In this document: positions 51,610 to 62,914 of the stretch, piece after piece
Layout: each line of letters begins with the position of its first letter
Numbering within the stretch: position 1 is the first letter of the stretch
From: Carcharhinus amblyrhynchos
Lineage: Eukaryota
Length of the DNA stretch: 64,000 nucleotides
Direction of reading: 5' to 3'
Assembly: GCA_965287045.1 (NCBI GenBank)
Contig: OZ336879.1
Location: forward strand, 89,528,001 to 89,592,000
Program-made: the position numbers and the translations under genes
Notes under the pieces: generated by a model
Told to the model about the DNA's origin: nothing
The model's database searches: none
The model's input: the letters and a program-made list of their open reading frames with translations, nothing else

Positions 51610-51927
51610 CATAGAATTATGGAATCCCTACAGTGCAAAAGGAGGCCATTTGACCCATCCAGTCTGCACTGGCTCTCTGACAGAAGAACTTACCCAGGCC
51701 CTCTCCCCCACCCTATTCCTGTAACCCCACAAATTTACCACGGCTAATCCCCTTAACGTACACACCTTGGGTCACTAAGGAGCAATTTGTTTTACCATGG
51801 CGAATCCACCTAACTGTGGGAGGAAACGGGAGGAAACCCACACAGACACGGGTAGAACGTGAAAGCTCTGCGCAGGCAGTCACCCGAATGCCTGGCGCTG
51901 TGAGGGAGCAGTGCCATCACCGTGCCA
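51610..51927 (-). mobile_element. V-SINE tail A nested in the Gypsy gag
   Basis: Flanked by acat/acat; gag resumes after it. Confidence 0.75.
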
Positions 51928-52914
51928 ACATGTTAGGGGAAAAGTTAATTTGTGGCGTGAGCAATAATGCTATTCAATGCTGATTGCTTGCAGAGGTCGA
52001 CGTAAATTTTAAACAAGCCATAGAAAGCACTGAATAAGGTGTCAGGGTACTGCCCAGGCATGCCCCTCTTCTCCATGGGCACTGTACAGAACTATGCACT
52101 CTCGGCAGGCATTCGCCAGTTCCCCGTTATAAAATTCTGTGGCAAACTGCAGTGATCTGACGTCATGCCGTTGGATGGGAGGTCTACTTTTCTACGTGGG
52201 GGGGTTGTTACGTGGGGGAGGCCTACTAATTATATTACAATGTATTCAAATAGCGTGGCCATCATTGCATAACAGGAACCCCATTTCATCACTGAGTGGG
52301 GGAACAGGGACGAAGGAGAGGGAAATTCTGCCTCATTTTTGGTTTCCTGCTAGATTCTCCATTGCCCCCCCCCAGCTGCCATCCCTGTCCACCAAAAACA
52401 AGGGCAGAACCCCCCCCCGCCATGCCCTCAAGATTATGAACCGGAGAAACTTGTAACTCATTGGTTCCCAGCAATGCTTGACCCCTTCTCCAATCTCAGA
52501 CTCAAGATACTGACTGGCTCAGTCTGGGAGCAAACCAATTCCCCCCACCACCTTCCAGTAGTCCAGCCAATGTGCAGTTGTGTTTATTCACATCGACCAA
52601 AAAAAAACCTAACCCAAAACATTATTTGGGCCAGTTTTGGACAGAAATCAAATTCTCTCACCACCAAATGCATCCAGAATAATGACGCAAATAAAAACAT
52701 TCCTGTTGAAAAGCCTGTGGTCTGTAGAACTGAAATGTAAATGTAGTATTAACTAAGAGGGACTATACGCGACAATTAAAGGAATGTAACATTAGAGATG
52801 GGAAAGTAAGCAGACTATGCTTAACAGTGTGTTCGTATTGCAAACCACAATTTTACTTGGTATTTTATACTTTACCATTAATCTCTTTACTAATTAGGAC
52901 TAATTTACTAACTA

Positions 52915-53225
52915 GGGCAGCACAGTGGTTAGCGCTGCTGCCGCACAGCACCAGGGACCCGGATTTGATTCCTGGCCTCTGGTCACCGGCTGTGTGGAAT
53001 CTGCACATTCTCCCCATGTCTGCATGGGTTTTCTCAGGGTGCTCTGGTTTCCTCCCACGGTCCAAAGATGTGTGGGTTAGGCGGATTGGCCATGATAAAT
53101 TGCCCCTTAGTCTCAGGGGGATTGGCAGGGTAAATGTGTGGGGTCGGGCCTGGATGGGATTGTTGTTGGTGCATGCTCAATGAGCCAAATGGCCTCCTTC
53201 TGCACTGTAGGGACTCTATGATTCT
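52915..53225 (+). mobile_element. V-SINE, tail A
   Basis: Full copy. Confidence 0.85.
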
Positions 53226-53520
53226 AATTAAAGGAGGATTTCATACACTGTTATATTGTGACCTAGTTTACAGTCACTGTAGGAGAATCCTTTTTTATTA
53301 TTGATCTATTTTGCGCAACATTTTAAATCACATTATTTACATTATATTCTGTCTTTACATGACTCTACGTTCTTGTATGTCATATATATATGAGGTGTTT
53401 TGTATTGTTACTAACAGATAAGGAAGGGCTCTCTGAACTTATAAACCTGTGTAAATAACTGAATGCTATTTTCTCTGATAGGTATGTAAGTCTTTTAAAG
53501 AAATATTATTCTACTTGCAG

Positions 53521-53684
53521 TAAATCGGCACTCAGCGGCAACACCACAAAATGCGAGTGACAAAGATGGCAGAGACCAACCCAGCAAAGAGAAAATTTCT
53601 CCTTCAGCCAGTCAGCCATCGTGGATGGAACTTGCCAAGAAAAAGGCAAAAGCTTGGAGCGACATGCCACAGATAATCAAATAA
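53521..53684 (+). CDS. CRACDL: CRACDL last coding exon: (V)NRHSAATPQ...SQPSWMELAKKKAKAWSDMPQIIK*
   Basis: Acceptor attctacttgcag|TA, phase 1; stop TAA at 53682-53684; family-typical C-terminus. Confidence 0.93.
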
Positions 53685-55527
53685 ACTCCCGCACGGAACT
53701 TCTCTAAGTGATACCTGGAACCCTCATAGCTGCTAGTTTTTGGGGCATGCATTAAATTGTCCATAATGTTGATTGACAATGAGTTAGGATCCTGTGTCGA
53801 AATGTAGGTCAACTTAATGTTCTGTTGTTTTTATTTGGAAAACAAGAAATAGAACTTTCCTCACACTGCTACACCTAGCTCCGGATTCTGATGAAGGGGT
53901 GAGCAGGGGGTTGTGATCAGACAAATAAGTGCAATACAGATTCCAGACTGCATGTAATGGCTTCTTGTCATGTCCCAAATCTACGTGGTTGGGACAATGT
54001 AGAAACTCAAGTATCAATTTTCTTATGTCTTCTAGTAGGTAACCACAGTTAAAGTGTTGTTCTTATTACTAACTTGCTCCATTTGTTTAGGATGCAGGGC
54101 GTGCTGTACGGCAGTATGTGTAAGAGGGGAGAGAGAGAATGTTGGCTCATTCTGTCATAAACACTGTTCACGTATATTTACATTCAAACGATCCACAAGT
54201 GTTTTTGCTGAGACCGCTTTGCAGCATTGAGGAAGAAGCATGTTTTGGATCGGGTGTAAAAAGTTCTGTCTGGATGCTTCTTAAGTATTGGTAAATCTCT
54301 GTAATGATTTGCCATTCTGCATTATAATTCCACTCTCCTTAAAACAAAACTATATAGAACGACGCACTAAAATTGTGGGATGCACGCACACACGTTAGTT
54401 AAAATTTTGTCAGAGGTGTTTAGTGGTGGATGGAGCTTGTGCTTGGGTCTGCTTCACATTTTGGGTTTAATGTCAACATTAGTTGTAATGGTTTATGCTT
54501 CAAGCAAATCAGTGCATATGTATATCCTATATATGTATTTATCTAATATATGTCATCCTGCAGGGTTTCGCAAGGCTGGGTTCTGCATTGGGGGTGAAAG
54601 AATCACTTAAATAGATCCGCAAATGAGCTGATTCTCTTTATCATCTCTTGAGTTTTGCTGCAGCTATTGGTCTTCCCAGCTGCGTTCCTTAATATCAGAA
54701 CTGAAGCGGGATATTCCGGGTGTGCAGATTGGTGGGACTGTCAGTGGCTGGGGATGTTGCGAGATGAGAAAAACGCAAGACTCATCCTGCTAATCACACA
54801 GTACAACGTTAACAGAATAATCAACGACCACAACGGATCCAGACATAAAAATGAGGGAAACCCCCAGTGGTGGGAAACTTTGGGAGCCATAGTCAAAAGT
54901 TCTTCCCAAGTATGTTACACTTAGCAAGTCTCATGTTGTTATTTTATTCGTTGAAAAGGATGTGGACTGCGCTGGCTAGGCCGGCATTTATTGCCCATTT
55001 CTAATTGCCCCTGAGAAGCTACGCAATGAAGCTGACTGGGTATAGACAGCTAGCTGTCTGTGAAATAGTTTGCACCATTATTAACTATTAGCAGATGCCT
55101 GGCATCCTCTTTTGTAAGGCCATAGTTGAACTGGTACAGTGTTACTCTCTAGCTGTACTTATGTGCAGATATATTAATAACTGAACACACCTACAGGAGC
55201 ATTTGTGGTCATTTGCACAGGAAAAGGTGTAAAATATTTTTCGAAAATCTTGTATCATAGTAAACTAATTATATTGTCCATGCTTGCATTTAAATACTTG
55301 TAACAATGCAAATTGCACTATATGTTTTAACCTTCTAATATGACTTCATCATATTCATAAGCAGTGACAACTCTAGTGTGTAAATATGTACCTGCCAAAA
55401 TATTTTCCTAAATTGCCAGAAGTTAACTCTCACTGTGATACAGTTACGTTTGGTACAAAGAGTTAAATGGTTTTGGAACAAATCATAGACAGCATGCACT
55501 TTCAAAAAGTGCTACGTATCTTTAAGT

Positions 55528-55533
55528 AATAAA
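55528..55533 (+). terminator. Candidate polyadenylation signal AATAAA (proximal)
   Basis: Exact hexamer about 1.85 kb after the stop codon; usage not shown by sequence alone. Confidence 0.35.
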
Positions 55534-56256
55534 TTCAGATCTGACATATTATCATCTGTTAGTGACTTCGCTCCACTGCTAAAAATGCAACTCTTAATAG
55601 TCGACTTGATGTTAGGCAGTGGAAGTTCTTGGTTTTTATCAATCACAAATTATGGGTTCAGCAATTTCCTTTCCTTACTCAACATTTCCATGGATTTACA
55701 TTTCTTTACGTTTATATTTATGCCTGTTAGTACGCATGTATGTATGTGTGGACCCGTGTATATATTTAGAGCACTGTGTACGGCATCTAATTCTGTTGTC
55801 ATGCCAGGTAACGCGTATTCATGCGGAATGAGTGTTCGAATTACTTTAGTCAGCTATGTGTGCGTGAATTGCTATCGAAGAAGTCTGAATGCTCGTAGTG
55901 CACTCCAGAGACAATGTTTCTTTACTGTTTTGCCATTCTGAAGTAAAAAAGTATGCATCTTCCACAGTGAATATTAGCAAGGAGGTCACAGTATGAAAAA
56001 TAGAAGCTTTCTTTACCCCCTTTATATGAGAGAGGAGTCAATGTTAGGAATTTCTATAGCATTTTTATATTACATAGGAATTGGTAAAGACTGTATGGTC
56101 TTTCTGACTCAACCTAAAGTCTAAAACCTACTGGTCCATGCCTGTCCACTGTTTCACGTTGGGGGGGACGCTACCTTTCCACTTTTCTTACTCAAGGGCT
56201 GATGAACAAATTTTGGGAAGATAAAGTTTGGCACTGCATTAAAAGTGAATTTCAAA

Positions 56257-56262
56257 AATAAA
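56257..56262 (+). terminator. Candidate polyadenylation signal AATAAA (distal; ATTAAA also at 56238-56243)
   Basis: Exact hexamer at the end of the repeat-poor region. Confidence 0.35.
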
Positions 56263-56479
56263 ACTGAGGAATGAAAAGAACAACTTGCTGAGCAACAGAA
56301 CAAGAAGATGGGTTTTAGAGTGTAATAGGGTGAGAGTGTGTGTTCCCAGCTCGCTCCCACACTCAGGGTGCTCTCTGTGAGTGTGGGTGAGAGTGCATGA
56401 TGGTGCGTGTGTGTGGGTGGGGGTGAATGAGAGCCCTGAGCTGGGAATGAGCCAGACTGATGGACACACACAATCCACT

Positions 56480-56930
56480 TATACTCACTCTCTCTCTCAC
56501 TCCCCCTTACAACCTCTCATTCCTCCTCTCCCCTCCTCATTCTCCCAGATCCTTCATCTCCCCTCCTCAATCTCCCTCATCCCTCCTCTCCCTCATCCCT
56601 CCTTTCCCGCCTCACACTCTCTCATCCCTCCTCACTCTCCCTTATCCCTCCTTTCCCGCCTCACACTCTCTCATCCCTCCTCACTCTCCCTTATCCCTCC
56701 TCACATCTCCTATTTCTCCTCACACTCTCTCATCCCTCCACATTCTCCCTCATTCCTCCTCACACTCTCCCATTTCCCTCCCCACATTCTCTCATTCTTC
56801 CTCTCCTTGCTCACACTCTCATTCCTCCTCTTCCCTCCTCTCTCACTCTCATTCCCCTCACGCCCCCTCATTATCAAGACACTCTGCTCTCATACTCTGT
56901 CGCCTGAACTCCCTCATTCTCTCACACAGT
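56480..56930. repeat. CT/CA-rich low-complexity tandem tract
   Basis: Repeating ctcacactctctcatccctcc units, including a near-exact internal duplication of about 50 nt. Confidence 0.85.
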
Positions 56931-57583
56931 CTCCAGTCACTCACTCAGATGCCAGTGGTCCCCCTCTTTCCCCCCCCCCCCCCGGACCACCGCTGCCCAG
57001 TACCTGTGCCCTCTGCACCGATGGCCCTGCGCCTTGGCTCCCAGACCTCTGCTCCCTGAGGCCTGATGTTCCAGATCTGGAACTCTCCACGCTGGTTTGG
57101 CCACACCACCAATCACAAACTGCTTCTCTCCCACATTTGATGGTGATAGGCTCTCTAATTAGCCTATCCGCAGCAAACATGGGAAAGGACCAGCCTGCGA
57201 TTGGAGGACCAGCTCTGGGCAAAGTCCTAACCGGGGTTACATCGACATTCTGAAAATTGGCCCTGGGGGCCACATAGAGGGGTTTTGAAGGCCACATCAG
57301 GCCTCTTATTGAACAAACTGTACTATACATTCTCTTTGCCTATGCTCACCTGTCATCCAAATGGGGGCTCAATGGTGGAATCACATAATAAGTCATGGCC
57401 TCGGGTTCAGATTGTCATGGAATGGAGGATTTTATTCCCCAGTATTGTCACTGGCAATGCCACAGGGCAGTGCCAAGCTGAAGCCAGGTGCATCTCCCTG
57501 GGCAGGTAAACAAAAATAATCAATAGTGGATTTATTCGCAGGCTAGTCTCCCACACCTCACAGGGACAAGTTCTGAGTCACCA

Positions 57584-57999
57584 ATGTGGCGATGCCGGTG
57601 TTGGACTGGAGTGGGCACAGTAGGTAGTCTCACAACACCAGATTAAAGTCCAACAGGTTTATTTGGAATCACGAGCTTTTGGAGCACTGCTCCTTTGTCA
57701 GGTGAGTGGAGAGGTAGGTTTCATAAACAAGGCATATTTAGACAAAGATACAATTGTAAGATAATGGTTGGAATGCAAGTCTTTTCAGGTAATCAAATAT
57801 TTACAGGACTCTGTTACAAGTCTGTACCTGTAAAGACTTGATTATCTAAAAAGGCTAACATCCCAACCATTATCTTGCAATTGCCTATATATGCCATGTT
57901 TGTGAAATCTATCTCACCTGATGAAGGAGCTATGCTCTGAAAGCTCGTGATTCCAAATAAACCTGTTGGACTTTAAGCTGGTGTTATGAGACTTCTTAC
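57584..57999. mobile_element. Penelope-like terminal fold-back, copy 3
   Basis: Inverted arms of about 180 bp (57620-57807 and 57827-57999); the right arm holds the intact hammerhead core. Confidence 0.78.
57914..57950 (+). ncRNA. Minimal type I hammerhead ribozyme motif (Penelope-associated)
   Basis: TCAC-CTGATGA-A-GGAGC-TAT-GCTCT-GAAA-GC-TC-GTGA: stem I TCAC/GTGA, both core boxes, stem II GGAGC/GCTCT, palindromic AGCT in place of stem III, CUC cleavage triplet. Confidence 0.7.
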
Positions 58000-59134
58000 A
58001 GAATCATATTGGCAAAGAGGCCCCGATTGTGGGCCATCCAGCTAAAGCCAGGCTGCGTTTGACACAGGATCCAGAGAGGCCAGTGAAGATAAACTGGGAG
58101 AATAATCAGGAGAGATTTCCCATTTAAAAAAAATTATATAGCTTCAAAGTAAGTGTATGCAATATTGGAGCACAAACACATGGTGAGTGGTTTAGTGGAA
58201 AATTGTGTGTGGTGAGCTGATGATTTTTGAATCAACTGAAGCCCTTCCAGCCATCCCAGACATTTTCACCTTTAATAACTCCATATGATGTTTCTCTGCC
58301 ACTCATTGAATGGACATCTCATCCTGGTTAAAACAAGCAGGTTTATACCTCAGTTACGACAACAGGTGGGGAAATATTGTATGAACATATTAAGGATCTG
58401 AGCACTAATATTACAAAGAGCAGTTTCCAAGTCTATTAAGCCCCCACATTGAGAATGTAACTCTGAATTTGCGCTGGTCCTCATAGATTGCACCCTTAGT
58501 TTATAAATGCCTGCATGTAGGTACTACTTATGCACTGAATTTTATTGTGCATTCAATAAGGGGTAGTAAATCCATTCAGGAATTCAGTGGCATCCCATAG
58601 CATTGGTTCAGAAATCCTGGAACGACCAATCTGTTAGATGCCACAGGATTTGTAAATAGGTGACCTGCAAGAGGTGCCTGATTTGTGTATTTGGTGTTTT
58701 TACCTGCACACAAAACTCTTCCAATTAGATATCAGCAAAGTTGGTACTGCTTAAAGGTCTCCAATCTGTCAAGCCTGAGCCTAATTCCACTGTGCGATGC
58801 ATCAGACTGTTAAACAGCCTTACCTTTATGTTGCTACATTTATACTACCTCTCCCTACTTTTATATTGTTAGAACTTCCTACTTGTTAATTCATGATGGA
58901 AATTAAAGGATTATTTTTTACTAATCTAAAGATGGCACTTTTTTTGTACTGAATGCAGTGATTTACACACAATCCATTTTGTAAAGATGAGCTTAAGTGT
59001 GTTTGTGTGGGATGGTAATGCTAAAATTCAGTGTTGTCACTGGGTGTCCTTAAACCTAACGGTGACCATCTGAACTTTCTTGGAACTGGGTTTAGGTATC
59101 AGATTTCAGTGAAGACTGAGGTTGGAAGTTAATT

Positions 59135-59830
59135 ATTTCATTTTTTTGGAATGTTATTAGTGTCTTCCGCCATGAAGATTGAGGCAAAGTATTTGTTTAA
59201 CTCCTCTGGCATTTCTTGGTTCCCCGTTATTATAAGAACTAGGAGCAGGAGTAGACCATCTGGCCCCTCGAGTTTACTCCACCATTCAATAAGATCATGG
59301 CTGATCTCTTTGTGGACTCAGCTCCACTTACCTGCCCGCTCATCATAACCCTTAATTCCATTACTGTTCAAAAATTGATCTATGCTTGCCTTAAAAGCAT
59401 TCAATGAGGTAACCTCAACTGCTTCACTGGGCAGGGAATTCCACAGATTCACAACCCTTTGTGTGAAGAAGTTCCTCCTTAACTCAGTCCTAAATCTGCT
59501 CCCCCTTATTTTGAGGCCATGCCCCCTAGTTGTAGTTTCACCTGCCCAGTTTTTCCCAGTATTTCCCCTGTCTCATTCTCTAAGGGTCCAAGTTCAGTTA
59601 GACCTCTCTCTTACTTTTCCTACACTTAAAAAGGGTCTTGTTGACCATCTTTATATAACTTGCTAGTTTATTCTCATAATGCAGCTTCTTTTTTTGGTCA
59701 CCTTTTGTTGGTTTTTAAAATGTTCCCAATCATTTGGCTAACCACTCATCTTTACCACATTGTATGTCTTTTCTTTCAATTTAACTTTCTTGGTTAACCA
59801 TGCTTGATTCATCCGCTTCCGAGATTCTTC
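59135..59830 (-). mobile_element. CR1 internal fragment with a nested CR1 3' end (about 59233-59547)
   Basis: Reverse complement reads AEELNKYFASIF and RNFFTQRVVNLWNSLP. Confidence 0.7.
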
Positions 59831-59847
59831 TTCGTCACTGAAGAAGT

Positions 59848-60142
59848 TGGCACAGTGGTTAGCACTGCTGCCTCACAGGGACCCGGGCTCAAATCCGGGC
59901 TCAGGATGAAGTTTGCACATTCTCCCCATGTCTGCTTGGGTTTCCTCCAAGTGCTCCAGTTTCCTCCCACACACCAAAGACATGCGGGTTAGGTTGATTG
60001 GCCGTGCTAAATCGACCCTAATGTCAAGGGGAACCAGCAGGGTAAATTTGTGGGGTCATGGGGATAGGGTCTGGGTGGGATTGTGGTCGTTACATGCTTG
60101 ATGGGTCGAATGGCCTCCTCCTGCATTGCAGGGATTCTATGA
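59848..60142 (+). mobile_element. V-SINE, tail A
   Basis: Head, core and tail. Confidence 0.8.
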
Positions 60143-62914
60143 AATCTTTGTTGTGAACCATGAACAATTTCCAAAAACGTTTGCCATTGCGATCAACCGT
60201 CTTTCCCACTAAACTCCTTTCCCAGATCACTCCAGCCAATTCTGCTCCCTTTCCTTTATAATTACCCTGATTTAAGTGCAGCACATTTGTTTCTGATCCA
60301 AGTTTCTCACTCTCGCTCCGTCAGATAATGAAATGAAATATCTCATGAGGAGATCAAAGGCAATTTGCATTCATACAGCACTCTAAACAAAACACTCGAG
60401 AGCACTTCATGGGGCTGGATGTAATGGGGCACAGTAGCCCCCGGCCACCCCGGTTACAATATCACCCTCCAAGCAGCTGCCCCACAATCAGTAAATGGCT
60501 GACTGGCCGTCAGTTGAGCTGAGGCAGAACTTAGACTCCTCAGAAATAGGAAGTTCCCACCTCAGGGAGCTTCTGACCAGTTGGAGCCTCAGACAACTGA
60601 CACTGGACACTGCCTGATGGGTGAGTCTGAGTTCTTGCTCGGAGCAAGCTGTTGTTTAATATTGTCCTTTTGTTTCATTTGGCAGTCCTCTGAGTGAGGG
60701 TTTTATGGATTGAGGTCCCTACCCCTGTTGAAAACAGGCTGATACTCTGGGGTAGTGCATCATCAGAGGTGAGGCCCCTCAGGTTGTCTGTCACACCAGC
60801 TTCTGATGAAAGGTCAAAGATCTGAAGCATTTACTCGCTCTTCTCTCTCCACGAGCATCGAGTATTTCCGGTATTTTCTCCTCCTACATCAAACCAAGAT
60901 CCTGGCTCACTGCTTGTTGGAATGTTATAGATCCCTCGGCTGAAGGAAAATTGAGGAAGTCTCCCAGACAGGTCAGGATTCCCTGACCTCTCCCGCCCCA
61001 CCACCGCTGCCAGCAAAGAAAGAGAATTTGGCGCTCAGCCAAAACTTCATTCACTGCAGCGGGTCTGGAAAATCCAAGCCGCAGGTGAGGCTGGAGAATC
61101 CCAGCTATCTGCCTCAACCAATCACACCAAAAAGAAGGTTGCCCATCGCCATGCTCTCTAAAGCATAGGATGCTGACGTGAAGTTACATCTCACATGCCC
61201 ACATGGCACCTGCACTGCACATAGAAGTCATTCATGTCTGGATTTAACTTCCAGCAGGCTTGGAGGCAGAGAAGGGATTGTTCAATCCAGTGGGTCCCCA
61301 GGAACTCATTGAAGGGCCTCGCTAGACTTCAACCCTCTTCAGGCTCCCTCCCCATTTTGACTCTGGCCACCCACTCTCCTTGCCTGGATCTTTTAACAGA
61401 GGGTGGAAGTGTTGCTTGCAAGTGGCCGAGATTCACAAGAAAGGCACATTATAAAACCCGGGGAAATTTTAAATCTATCTCCAGAGGCAGAACCTTACCC
61501 CCTCCTGAAATCATTGGCTGGCTGCTGGGCAGAAGTGAAAAGTGAGGCTGCAGTAGGCTGTCGCCAGGGCTCTGGCGGAAGGCCCCAAGCAGTCAGATCA
61601 CTGGGGAGAAGGGGAGGCCCAAGATACCCTCAACCGGAGGAGCACCTTCTCCTTCCTGGTGCAAGCCAACAGAAAATACTTCAGTGTTTTACAGGTTTGC
61701 CTTGGCCGGAAAGCCTTCAGTGTTTTCTTTCAGTTAAAACAACAGGGCTGATACCCTCAGAACCCAAGCTGGATACTTAAGGGGGACACCATTGTAGAAG
61801 TCTGGTTCATGGGCAGAATTCTCCCATCCTTCCCATGGTGGGTTTGGTGGGAGGGAAATGGAGGTTCTTGAGAAAGCCAAAAAGTCAGAACGCACCCCCC
61901 CGCCCCCACAATTGTAAAATAACATTGCAGTTCTCCCAAAAGCGGGTTAATGGTGGGTCAAACTTCCTGCTGGCTGGTGGCATGAGACTCAATTTGCATT
62001 CATTTGCACCTCATTAATATTCATTTAAACAACTGAACAAAGAAGGACAAAAATCAAAAAAAAGTACAGCACGGCAATAGGCCCTTCAGCACTCCAAGCC
62101 TGTACCGATCATGAGGTCCGAACTGAATTCAGTCCACATCTCTCTATTCCCTCCCTATATACCCATTCAGATGCCTCTTAAACGTTGTTAATGTGCCTGC
62201 GTCCACCACTTTCTTTGGCAGCACATTCCAGGCACTCACCACTCTCTGCATGAAAAACTACCCCTGCACATCTCCCTTAAGCTTTGCCCCTCTCACTTTG
62301 AACATGTGCCCCCTCATAATTGGCACACTGCTGTCTTGCCAGGCCTTTTGATATTGCGTTATTCCAATGGGTAATCACATAGGCCTAAAACCCGAATATG
62401 AAAGATTGGCGCGCAGAAAGTGGTCCTCAGTTCATAACAGATTGGGAGGTGAGGGCATCAAAGCCCTCCTGCCGCAGTGCTGCACTGCTCCTGAGGTGCT
62501 GTTCACCACTCTGCCAACACAGACCGGTTCGTGCCATGTGAAGGATGGCTGTGAAAGGTTAGGGGATGGGCCAGGGGTCACAAGGGCAGACAGGGGGGCA
62601 AGGAGGCTGATGAAGAAGGCAAACAATGGAAGGTAGAGGGAAGACTGAAAGGAAGGATACTGGACCCCAAAAAGGCTGCATGAAAAACTCAAAGGGAGAC
62701 CACATCGATTACCCTGAAAGACTCCAGATATGGTGGGTAGATGTTCAAGTGTGGCATTAGCACCTCGCAGACGATGGGGTCAGGGTGAACACTGAGTAGA
62801 GAATTCCAGGGATTCACAATCTTTTGAGTGAAATAACTTTTCCTTATCTCAGTCCTGCATCGCCGACCCCTTATCATGGGACTGTGCTTTTTTAGATTTA
62901 CCCAAACAAAATGA

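Larger units (their letters stand above)
50060..52030 (+). mobile_element. Decayed Gypsy/Ty3 retrotransposon 5' part (LTR, PBS-like site, gag) broken by later insertions
   Basis: LTR-like 50060-50278, PBS-like TGGTGACAAGG at 50279. gag starts at ATG 50374 (MSPFGRIDPFDFFMEDWTQ|YVEHLEYYFQVNDIGQEANYKVVLL), resumes near 51370 (SKSFSKLIDLMKAQSQLEPSVTLQRFRF) and near 51930 (EKLICGVSNNAIQ), with stops and frameshifts. Confidence 0.72.
2278..53684 (+). other. CRACDL: CRACD-like gene (KIAA1211L), 5'-truncated by the window; 8 coding exons, 911 aa visible
   Basis: Exons join with canonical AG/GT sites and compatible phases (2|0|0|0|0|1|0|1). Peptides RALSHDSIFIP, VFSQE..IKALQLK, SSEDDGLPRSPPE, CLDNSAARHKLSVKPRNQR, FGVKLRSTS.SLKY and C-terminal QPSWMELAKKKAKAWSDMPQIIK match the CRACD/CRACDL family as recalled. 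The SDMPQIIK ending and lack of a long E/R coiled-coil favour CRACDL over CRACD. Confidence 0.88.
53685..56262 (+). other. CRACDL: Putative CRACDL 3' UTR (end uncertain)
   Basis: AT-rich and nearly free of repeats (one SINE tail remnant at about 54945-55015), unlike the introns; ends near candidate AATAAA sites. Confidence 0.55.

Noticed and set aside
53888-53910. CTGATGA in the 3' UTR as a hammerhead or snoRNA box
   Set aside because: No stem II followed by GAAA and no supporting terminal stem.
56381-57253. 290-aa and 199-aa S/P/L/H-rich ORFs
   Set aside because: These translate a CT-rich low-complexity tract that lacks stop codons by composition.
62367-62692. Overlapping 89-aa and 86-aa ORFs as a second gene
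   Set aside because: No recognisable domain or exon structure; flanked by CR1 and GC-rich repeat fragments, so probably transposon debris.
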